From: Terriglobia bacterium
GTDB lineage: Bacteria; Acidobacteriota; Terriglobia; Bryobacterales; Bryobacteraceae
Length of the DNA: 64,000 bases
Reading direction: 5' to 3'
Assembly (NCBI GenBank): GCA_963696335.1
Contig: CAVOJS010000005.1
Coordinates: 39,910-103,909 of the forward strand
The number at the start of each line of letters is the position of its first letter. Positions within the stretch are counted from its first letter, which is position 1. Positions 1 to 8,872 of the stretch are shown one piece after another. The position numbers and the translations under genes are program-made. The notes below the pieces were generated by a model. The model was given only the letters and a program-made list of their open reading frames with translations. It did no database searches and was not told the origin of the DNA.

Positions 1-2524
1 CGCCTGCGTACAAGCAGGATTCTTCGCGACCGCCGCTGCCGTCAGGCCGTACTGGCCAGCCGAGCAGTTTCCCGGAATGTAGACGCCGGGATTGAGTTCG
101 ACGGCCTCCCAAACGTGGAGGATATGGTTGCCGACGTAGGTCGCGCTCAGAAACCAACTCGGGGTGATCTGCCGCTGCACGCCCAGGTTCCAGGATTGCT
201 CGACGTGCGTGGCAAAGTCAGAAGGAATGGGAAGAAATCCCGGAGGACAGGTGCTGGTCAGGCAGGGCGCCGTGGCGGTGGTGGGCCAAACGGGATTCTT
301 CGGGTTGAAATTGTAGGGGAAGGGATCTCCCTGCGGGAAAGGATTCGAGAGACTGTAGATAGACGTGGGCGTCGTGATGGTGGTCAGGCGGAACGGCAGC
401 GACGATGACGTATTGAGGTTTATGTCCTGGGCGATGAAATCGTGAGCAATGCCGCCGCTCAGGCGGATCGCCGTCTTGCCGTCGCCGAATGGATCCCAGG
501 CGAGGCCGATACGCGGATCGAAGTGTCCGTACTGGCTATTGACGCCCGACTTGCCGGGAAAGCCGGGATCTCCCGGGAACGTGAATCCGGCGAGGCGCGC
601 CGGAGACGACTTTGCTGGTTGTTCCCGCGTAGAAATTGCTCAGACTGAAGTTATAAACATCACCCTGCTGGAAAGCCATCCCGAGGAAAGGATCCCAATT
701 GAGGCCGTAGTTCAACGTCAGCTTCGGAGTAAGTTTCCAAGTGTCCTGAGCGTAGAGACCCACGAAGTTCTGGGCTAGATTCAGGGGATTGGGATTCGCC
801 TGGCGGTCCTGAGAGACGATGCCCAGCATAAAGTCCGCCAAGCCCAATCCGGTTGTGTTGCCGATCGTATAGGAGCCTCCGGACCACGCCTGCGCCACCG
901 ACCATTCAATGGAGCGCGTAATAAATCCGCCGAAAGCGAACTGGTGCGACCCTTTCACCCAGCGGAAGTCGTCGTTGAAGCCAAAGGCTGTCGTATAGGC
1001 AAACGAATTTTCGGAGAAGTTTCCGCTTCCCAATGAGAACGCGCCGCTCACAGGAATCGTAAGGTAGTTTGGCTGATAGGTATAGGCGTTGATTCCGACG
1101 TTTTCCGGGCCGAACATCTGGGCGCCCGGGATAATCGCCGAGATGCGGTTGAGATACAGCCGGGCCGAATTCACTTTAGTCGAGCTGACGAGATACGTGT
1201 CGCCGAGGGTGAAGCCCTGAAACTGATCGTTGGCGCCGACGCCGCCCGCGGTCAGCACGTCCGACGGGGCGAGCGAATAGGGCACTGCGATGATCTGCTT
1301 CTCCAGCATGTACCGGCCAAACAGGCTCTGCTTGTCGCTCAACTGATAGTCGACGCGAGAATCGACTTCGTGATCGTCTTCGCTAAGCGGTTGCGTGTAC
1401 GTGAACCCTCCGCACCCGTTGGGGTTTGTGGGCTGGGGAAGACGAGCCGCGATTTTAACCGCGGCCGGATCGAACAGCGACGGATCAATCGTGTTGCCCG
1501 AGAAGGGCGCGGGCAAATTGATTTGGCGGCCGTTGTTGCAGGCGGGCGAGGTGATGGTCGTAAAATTACCGGCCAGCATAGCCGCCGTCGGCACGAAGGT
1601 GGGAGCCTGAACGGGGTTCTGCCGCACAAAAGTGCCCTGATAGCCGAGGAAGAAAAAGAGTTTGTCCTTCTTAATCGGACCGCCGAAGGTGCCGCCGAAC
1701 TGGTTGCGTTTCAGCCCATCCTGCGTTTTGGCAAAGAAGTCGCGGGCGTTCACGTCGGAATTGCGCAGAAACTCGAAAATGTCGCCGTGAAAGCTGTTTG
1801 TGCCGGACTTCATCACGGCGCTGACGGTGGCCCCGGCTCGCCCCTGGTTCGATGCGTCCTGCGTGCTTGTGGCGACCTTAAATTCCTGCATGGAGTCCGG
1901 CATGGGCAGCGGCATGCTGGTGCCGTCGAAAAAGTTGTCGTGATTCGCGCCGTCCAGAATATACTGGACGCCATTCGTGTCGCCCCCAGCGACAGAGATG
2001 GTATAGCCGGTTCTCATTCCGAAACTGGGAGACGATCCGGTGACAACCGCCGCGCCTCCGAGCGCAATCAGATCCTCGGGGCGGCGTCCATTGAGGGGAA
2101 GATCAAGAACGCGCTGATTCTCAATCACCGAACCGACGCCGACGCTACTGGTTTCAACCTGAGAGGCGTTTGCCTCTACTTCTACCCGTTCGGTAACCGC
2201 GCCTACTCTCATGGCGATGGGAATGGCGGGATCGCTGCCGACCTGGAGCACGATTCCCATTTGGACCACGCTCGAAAAGCCGTCTTTGTTGACTTCGATC
2301 GAGTACGCCCCAAGCGGCAGGTTCGTAATCACGTAACTGCCGTCGGCTTCGCTGGTGACCGTTCGCGAGATGCCGGTCTCGGTTTGCGTCGCCTTCACCA
2401 TGGCTCCGGGCAAAGCCGCGCCGCTCATATCCTGGATTACACCGTGAACTTGCGCTGTCGCCTGCCCCCACACCGCGACCGCGCCAAAAAAGGCTAAAAC
2501 ACAAACACTCAGGAAGTTTCTCAT
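1..2524 (-). pseudogene. TonB-dependent-receptor-like outer-membrane protein with N-terminal carboxypeptidase-regulatory-like domain. It has an apparent 1-nt frameshift near 589-595, and its 3' end runs off the window start.
   Basis: ORF 536..2578 aligns with the intact paralog 8873..12364 up to ...AGTTSKVVSGAP. The homologous sequence (GFTFPGDPGFPGKSGVNSQYGHFDPRIGLAWDPFGDG) then continues in a different minus frame. I checked triplet by triplet that this frame is stop-free from about 590 down to base 1. The likely start is ATG 2524 (MRNFLSVCVLAFFGAVAVWGQATAQ signal), not 2578. Confidence 0.8.
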
Positions 2525-2932
2525 CGCGTCCCCTGTTTTCCCGGTATTCACACCGGATTGGGCACGGTACGCAAGCACTCGATCGCTGAAGCGACGCTCG
2601 CCAGCTAAATGCGCTTTAAATTACCCCTGGTGAGTTGGAAGGTCCCTGAAGCTGCCTTCCCACAAGCCGCGCCGGCCACTACACATCGTGCGCCCGAATC
2701 CGACCCGGAAAGGAGTATACGGGAAATATCCAGGAACTTGGCATACGGATTGTAAATGTTTGTTAAGAGGCGTAACGGAGCGAAGGAACTGCTTCCGCCT
2801 TTTTCGTTCCTCCACAATGGCCGGCCGCGGTCTCCTTAGACTCCGAGCATAAGCTCGCGGGGCCGCCGCTCGTCGGGGTCGTTACCCTTCTGAAGGTTGG
2901 GACGTGATAAGGTAATCGGGGTGGTAGCGAAG

Positions 2933-3715
2933 ATGAGCGGCAAGGGCAAGAACCGGGGGATAGTTGAAGCACCGTTGCGGTTGAGAGGAGATACGCCGCT
3001 CCACCGCGCCCCTGAGACGCCTCCCGTGGGGCCGAGAACAATTCTATTGGTGGACGACGATCTCGGGTTGTGCTCGTTGATCGTGGAGTTTCTAAATCCG
3101 TGCGGCTTTAAGACGGACACGGTGCATGACGGGAGCGCCGCGATCGCGCGAGCGATGACCAAGAATTATGATCTGATCCTGCTCGACGTAATGCTGCCCC
3201 TCCAAGATGGATTCGAGGTCTTGCGTCAAATCCGGAAACAGAGCGGCGTACCGATTATTATGCTCACGGCCCGATCCGAACAAGAGGATCGTGTAACGGG
3301 ACTTAATTTAGGCGCGGACGACTATTTGGGAAAACCCTTCGGTCCTCAGGAATTAGTTGCCCGAATTCGAGCGGTCCTGCGGCGCACCGATCCCGCCCCC
3401 TCCGATTCCGGCTGTATTCGCGTTCGAGATATTTCCCTGAACGCGCACGCCCGAGCCGTTTCCAAGGGTGGGCGGGAGATCGAACTCACATCCTATGAGT
3501 TCGATATCCTGGCGATCCTGATGCGTTCGGCGGGACGCGTGGTATCCCGGGACGAAATTGCAGCGGTGCTGTATAAACGGGACAGCACGCCGTTCGAGCG
3601 CGCGATCGACGTGCATGTGTGTCATTTGCGAAGGAAAATCGAGATCGATGGCCGAACGTGGATCCGGACCGTGCGAGGCAGCGGGTACGTCTTCGCGGTG
3701 CTTGAAGATGAGTAG
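2933..3715 (+). CDS. OmpR/PhoB-family response regulator (receiver domain plus winged-helix DNA-binding domain)
   Basis: Receiver motifs are ILLVDDD and DLILLDVMLP. The GADDYLGKPF motif is present. The C-terminal winged helix reads LTSYEFDILAILM...IRTVRGSGYVF. The start is uncertain: TTG 2897 or ATG 2933. Confidence 0.9.
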   Translation: MSGKGKNRGIVEAPLRLRGDTPLHRAPETPPVGPRTILLVDDDLGLCSLIVEFLNPCGFKTDTVHDGSAAIARAMTKNYDLILLDVMLPLQDGFEVLRQIRKQSGVPIIMLTARSEQEDRVTGLNLGADDYLGKPFGPQELVARIRAVLRRTDPAPSDSGCIRVRDISLNAHARAVSKGGREIELTSYEFDILAILMRSAGRVVSRDEIAAVLYKRDSTPFERAIDVHVCHLRRKIEIDGRTWIRTVRGSGYVFAVLEDE

Positions 3716-3735
3716 CCGCGCCCGAAGGTGAATCG

Positions 3736-5046
3736 ATGAGATCGGTCTATACGAAAACGCTCTTTTCTTCGCTCGCCGTCCTCGCCGTCTCCTTCTTCCT
3801 GTTCATCATCATGGTCCGGAGCAACGCCTACAAAGCGTTCGTCTCAGGCGGGGCTTTCGGAGGTCTCATCAATGAACAAATCGAAGAAGCGGAACGCAGG
3901 TTCATCCAGGGAGGCCCTGGCGGTGTCGCGGAGTATCTGAATTACCTCGCTCGCCAATATCCGGGCACGAAGAGGGATTTTCTGGATTCCGCGGGGCGGG
4001 ATTTGTTGAGCGGCGCCAGCCGGACCGATGATCTCGCCAAATGTGATTCGCTGCTGACTCGATTCGATCCCTTCGCCCCGGTTTTTGTGCGCAAGAATTC
4101 GGAGGATGGGCGATTCATCCTCTTGTTTCAACCATCGCCCGGATTAATGCTCAGAAACCTCGGTTATTATTACCTCCTGCTGCTGGTCGCGGTTGTGGTG
4201 CTGTGCCTGAGCGTTCGTCATCAATTCGCGCTCCCGCTCAACCATCTCACGGCCATCGTGCGGCGTTTCGGAGGCGGAGATCTCAAAGCGAGAATTCATT
4301 CCCGCCGCCGCGATGAACTGGGGGAACTGGGAAACGCGTTCGATGAGATGGCAAATCGGATCGCGACCCTGGTTACAGCGGAACGCCGCTTGCTCCAGGA
4401 CATTTCGCACGAGCTTCGCTCTCCCATCGCGCGCTTGAATTTCGCGGTGGAATTGGCCCGCACTTCCCCCCACCGGGACGCGGCGTTTGCGCGGGTCGAT
4501 AAGGAAATAGCCCGGCTCGCGGAACTGATCGAAACGTTAATCCAGGTCACGCGCGCGGAAGGAGATTCGTCGGCGCGAAACCTTTTGCCGTTATCCGTGA
4601 ACGAGCTCCTGAAGGAAGTGGTTGACGATTGCGAGATCGAGGCCATTCCCCGCGGCTGCCGCATTCGCCTCAGCGCGTCGCGGGAGCTGACCCTGCATGC
4701 GGACCGGGAACTATTGCGGCGCGCACTGGACAATGTGATGAGAAACGCGATTTTTCACACGCCGGAGCGCAGCGAGATTGTCGTCGAACTCAAGGACTCT
4801 CTCGGAGGAGCCCTGATTTCGGTTCGCGATCAAGGCGCAGGAGTTCCGGAAGAGCACCTGGCGGCCATTTTCAGGCCATTTTATCGCGTGGACGATTCAA
4901 GGACGCAAAAAACCGGGGGCGTGGGACTTGGACTCGCCATTGCCGAGCGCGCCGTGCTCGTTCATCACGGCAATATTTGGGCGGAAAATAGCGCTCCCGG
5001 CTTAACGGTCTGCATCGAACTCCCCTTACGTGATGTTCGCGCGTAA
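3736..5046 (+). CDS. Sensor histidine kinase (two TM segments, HAMP, HisKA, HATPase_c), CpxA-like architecture
   Basis: The H-box is ISHELRSPIARL, the N-box is MRNAIFHTP, and the G-boxes are DQGAGVPEE and GGVGLGLAI. The gene starts 20 nt after the regulator stop. Confidence 0.9.
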   Translation: MRSVYTKTLFSSLAVLAVSFFLFIIMVRSNAYKAFVSGGAFGGLINEQIEEAERRFIQGGPGGVAEYLNYLARQYPGTKRDFLDSAGRDLLSGASRTDDLAKCDSLLTRFDPFAPVFVRKNSEDGRFILLFQPSPGLMLRNLGYYYLLLLVAVVVLCLSVRHQFALPLNHLTAIVRRFGGGDLKARIHSRRRDELGELGNAFDEMANRIATLVTAERRLLQDISHELRSPIARLNFAVELARTSPHRDAAFARVDKEIARLAELIETLIQVTRAEGDSSARNLLPLSVNELLKEVVDDCEIEAIPRGCRIRLSASRELTLHADRELLRRALDNVMRNAIFHTPERSEIVVELKDSLGGALISVRDQGAGVPEEHLAAIFRPFYRVDDSRTQKTGGVGLGLAIAERAVLVHHGNIWAENSAPGLTVCIELPLRDVRA

Positions 5047-5345
5047 GCTGCAGCTGCGAGGCCGCGGTGAGCGATTTCGCCACGGGTAGCCAGCCGCTGG
5101 AGAAGGGTCCAAGCATTCACAAATCTCCAGGCGTTTGCTTTTAACAAATATTTACAGTATTGACGTTGACTGAGATCCCGTGCGGGAGGAGCATAGACGA
5201 GATACGCTTCAGGCGGCTTTTGAGGGCCAGGATTGTCTTCAGGCTCCGGTCACTTGCAGGTAGTTTGTGGAGATCATCGTTTCGGGCTTTTGAGCCAGCG
5301 GTCTCCGATTCAAAGAGTTGGAATGTTTCGTCTCAAGGAGACCAA

Positions 5346-6104
5346 ATGAACCCGCGGTACCTGATTCTCGCGTCTTTTTTCGCAATCTCCCTCTCCGCCC
5401 AAAACGCCCCCAATCCGGGACGAGGCGCCAACCAGACGGCGAAGACGATGGCGCCCGCGGATTTCACGGGATACTGGGCGGCGGTGGTCGTGGAGGACTG
5501 GCGGTATCGTATGCTGCCGGCTACCAAACTCGAGGCAAAGCCGACGCTGGGCCAGAGAATCGATGTTCCCATGACTCCCGAGGCGCGTCAAATCGCGCTG
5601 AATTGGGATCCGGCGAAGGATGAGGCAGCGGGAGCCGCCTGCAAAGCATACGGCGCGGCCAACATTATGCGCATTCCGGAGCGTATTCACATCACCTGGC
5701 AGGACGACAACATTCTGAAGCTTGAAACCGATGCCGGCCAGCAAACCAGACTGTTCGGGTTCCGCGGGGCGCAAGGCGAGAGCGGCTCGTGGCAAGGGAT
5801 GTCCGAAGCGTCCTGGGAGACAACCCCGGGCGGGAGAGGCGGCCCGATCGCGACGGGTTCGCTGAGGATCTTTACCGACAGGTTGAAGCCGGGCTATCTG
5901 ATGAAGAATGGAATTCCGTACAGCGCGAAAGCAACGGTCACGGAATACTTTGATCGAGTGGACGAGAAGGATGCTTCTTATCTGGTGGTCACCACAACCG
6001 TGGACGATCCTACATATCTGACTCAGCCCTATCTCACATCGGTGCATTTCAAGCGGCAGGCCGACAATTCCGGCTGGAGTCCGACGCCGTGTTCCGCCCG
6101 CTAA
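5346..6104 (+). CDS. Secreted protein of the SGxW family, subtype A (uncharacterised)
   Basis: ATG 5346 is preceded by AAGGAG. The signal peptide is MNPRYLILASFFAISLSAQ. The motif DFTGYW is present, with a Cys pair (AACKAYG ... TPCSA). It is about 50% identical to 17273..18079. Confidence 0.75.
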   Translation: MNPRYLILASFFAISLSAQNAPNPGRGANQTAKTMAPADFTGYWAAVVVEDWRYRMLPATKLEAKPTLGQRIDVPMTPEARQIALNWDPAKDEAAGAACKAYGAANIMRIPERIHITWQDDNILKLETDAGQQTRLFGFRGAQGESGSWQGMSEASWETTPGGRGGPIATGSLRIFTDRLKPGYLMKNGIPYSAKATVTEYFDRVDEKDASYLVVTTTVDDPTYLTQPYLTSVHFKRQADNSGWSPTPCSAR

Positions 6105-6127
6105 ATTGTTTTCTGGAGCCAAAAAAA

Positions 6128-7975
6128 ATGAAGTCTCATGTACTTGCGTTTGCGCTTTGGGTGCTGCCCGCAGGCCTGGCCTGCGCGCAAGGAGGCTTCG
6201 GACCTCAACCAGGTGGCTCCGGGATCGATATCTCCGGCACATGGCATTACGGAGGGCACCAGGACGCGGCGTATGGCACCGCGGCGGGGGCTCTGGTCGA
6301 TTACGGCGGTTTCCCGTTGAACGAGGCAGGACGGTTGTACGCGTTGTCATGGGCATCTTCGCGCATGACCGTGCGGCAGCAGCAATGCGCCGGTTACGGA
6401 ATTCCTTACGCGTACTTCTCTCCGGGGAATTACCGTTATTGGGAAGAGCGAGATCCCTATACGCAGCAGTTGATCGCGATCCATATGTGGTTCCAGACAT
6501 CCGAGACTCGCCGGACGATCTGGATGGATGGGCGTCCGCATCCGCCCGCGTATGCGGCGCACACGTTCCCCGGCTTTTCGACCGGTGAGTGGAAAGGGAA
6601 CGTGCTCACGATCACAACCACGCATCTAAAGCGCGCGTGGCTTCGCGGGAACGGCACACCGTCGAGCGACGAGGCGACGGTGATCGAGCGCCTGATCCGG
6701 CACGGAGATCGCCTCACGGTTTTCACGACCACAACCGATCCCGTTTTCCTCGACGAGCCTTACACCAAAACGATGATCAATCTCCGGAATATCAAGGACC
6801 CGGACGCGTGGTTGTATGCCTGCGAAGACGCGCAGGAAATTTTGAGCCGGCCGGAGGATCAGATCCCGCACTATCTTTTCGGCAAGAATCCGTTCCTTCG
6901 GGATTTCGCGGATAAGAACAAGATCCCGCTCATTGCGACGCTGGGCGGTCCTGCGACGATCCATCCCGAGTTCCAGGTCAAGCTGAAGAGCGCAACCGAC
7001 GCGGATGCGATGGCGGAAGTTGTTCCGCATGGTCCTCAACAGAGCAGCAAGGCGGTAAACCCGGACCCGAACGATGGAGAGATCCACGTTCTGCCGGTGC
7101 AAGGCAGCGTGTACATGCTGGTGGGCGACGGAGGCAATATAGCCGTCCAGGTTGGCGATCAGGGCGCGTTGCTGGTGGACGCCGGAGCGGGCAGAATTTC
7201 AGATAAAGTGGTTGCCGCGATCAGACAGATCAGTAAGAATCCGATTCAATTTATTATCAACACCAGCTTTCACGCGGATCACACCGGCGGCAACGCGAAA
7301 GTTGCGGCGGCGGGCGTGGATCCCAGCATCCTCAATTCGTTCTTCGTCGGACAGGCTCCCACCGGAGCAACCGGTTTCTTTACCGATCCGGCGCATCACG
7401 CCACGCTGATCGGCCAGAACAATATCCTGGTTCGCATGGAAGAAGCGAAAATGCCGGGCGAATCGATTCCGCCCGACACGTATCTCGACAAGCGCCGGCG
7501 AAAGTATCACAACGGCGAGCTCGTGGAGATGTTCTACATGCCCAATGCCAGCACCGACGGCGACAGCATCGTGCATTTCCGTAAGTCCGATGTGATCGCA
7601 ACGGGCGACATCTTCGACACAACCCGCTATCCGTTCATCGACGTTGCGAACGGCGGTACGATCGCCGGCGAAATCGCGGCGCTCAACAATATCCTCGAGA
7701 AAACCGGATACGAGCATGACGAAGACGGCGGCACCATGATTATCCCCGGCCGCGGACGTTTGTCGGATGAATACGATCTTTCGGAATATCGGGACATGGT
7801 CACGATCATTCGTGACCGCGTAAAGGCGGCCGCCGATTCGGGGGCGACCCTGGAACAGGTCAAAGCCTCAAGATTGACCGCCGACTACGACACGCGCTAC
7901 GGCGCGACATCCGGACCCTGGACCACCGATATGTTCGTCGAGGCGATCTTCAAAACGCTGAAACAGCCACGATAA
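6128..7975 (+). CDS. Fusion protein: N-terminal SGxW-family subtype B domain plus C-terminal metallo-beta-lactamase-fold domain
   Basis: The signal peptide is MKSHVLAFALWVLPAGLACAQ. The N-terminal domain carries DISGTW, WMDGRPHPP and GFSTGEWKGNVLTITTTHL and is homologous to 18090..19046. The C-terminal part (from about 7080) is homologous to 16248..17276 and has SFHADH in place of HxHxDH. Confidence 0.85.
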   Translation: MKSHVLAFALWVLPAGLACAQGGFGPQPGGSGIDISGTWHYGGHQDAAYGTAAGALVDYGGFPLNEAGRLYALSWASSRMTVRQQQCAGYGIPYAYFSPGNYRYWEERDPYTQQLIAIHMWFQTSETRRTIWMDGRPHPPAYAAHTFPGFSTGEWKGNVLTITTTHLKRAWLRGNGTPSSDEATVIERLIRHGDRLTVFTTTTDPVFLDEPYTKTMINLRNIKDPDAWLYACEDAQEILSRPEDQIPHYLFGKNPFLRDFADKNKIPLIATLGGPATIHPEFQVKLKSATDADAMAEVVPHGPQQSSKAVNPDPNDGEIHVLPVQGSVYMLVGDGGNIAVQVGDQGALLVDAGAGRISDKVVAAIRQISKNPIQFIINTSFHADHTGGNAKVAAAGVDPSILNSFFVGQAPTGATGFFTDPAHHATLIGQNNILVRMEEAKMPGESIPPDTYLDKRRRKYHNGELVEMFYMPNASTDGDSIVHFRKSDVIATGDIFDTTRYPFIDVANGGTIAGEIAALNNILEKTGYEHDEDGGTMIIPGRGRLSDEYDLSEYRDMVTIIRDRVKAAADSGATLEQVKASRLTADYDTRYGATSGPWTTDMFVEAIFKTLKQPR

Positions 7976-8798
7976 TCGATCGACCTCAGCCGATTGATGG
8001 AACATTCCGTTGGAAAGGCGTGGCAACACATCAAATCCCACGATCAAGTCTGGTGCGCCACGGGTGACGACATGGCAGGACGCGGAATCACTGCAACCGG
8101 GTTGTTAAGTTCATCGCAAGGAGCCCGCCTGCGGGTACGGCAACGGAGAACCAATCCAATACCATAACCGGGCGTGACGCCCCGCCGCGTCGAGGTATTT
8201 CGCGGGGTCCGGCGATGTAAGGATGTGGGCGAAACGCACGATTTTTCCACTCTGTGCGCCCTCCTCGTACAAAAAATCGAATGGATCTTTGATCATCTGG
8301 CCGAAGTACTCCGGGTCACGCTGTGCCACTGGAGACCGGAATTGTCGAACTGGTGGCTGTGAAGAACGCGAATAAAATTTGGTCACTTTTGAGTGGCATT
8401 GGTTGGTCGTCCATCATCCAGTTTTGGCCGTCAGGTCAGGTGTGTGCATGGCGTTGCCGCCCCCTGCTCCGACCCGCCCCTTGATCTGCTTGCCCGATGG
8501 TCCAAAAGGTGCGATGAGGCCGATTGAGCTCGCGGGGGAGAAATCGTGGGCACAGTGGCGGCGCACGTACTCATGCGTGTCGAGACTTCCGCAGGATCCG
8601 TTCCGGACTTCTCGGCATCCGGTGTGGGATTGAAAGCGAGCGGCACGCAATGAGTGCGTGCGCCACAACCAGGTCATAGGAAAAGAGTAGAGGAGTCCGA
8701 CAAATCGGCATGAATTGGCGGCCTCGCCATACAGATTTGTATCCGCGCCAGCGGCAGATGATGGGCGCGTCCCGACGCGTCAGATATTCAGGACGTGT

Positions 8799-8835
8799 AA
8801 AAAAGAAAATGGCGGAGGCCTGATTCGCCTCCGCC
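8799..8835 (-). terminator. Rho-independent terminator downstream of the receptor gene 8873..12364
   Basis: The stem is GGCGGAGGC (8811-8819) paired with GCCTCCGCC (8827-8835), with a 7-nt loop. On the minus strand it is followed by ATTTTCTTTTTT (8799-8810). It lies 37 nt after the stop codon. Confidence 0.75.
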
Positions 8836-8872
8836 ACTCAATGTGACTCGATCGATGCAGCCCGCCTGATTC

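Noticed and set aside
8414-8416. The in-frame TGA joining ORFs 8414-8677 and 8111-8386, considered as a possible selenocysteine codon.
   Set aside because: There is no recognisable selenoprotein family and no obvious SECIS-like hairpin immediately downstream. A decayed gene or chance ORFs are more parsimonious.
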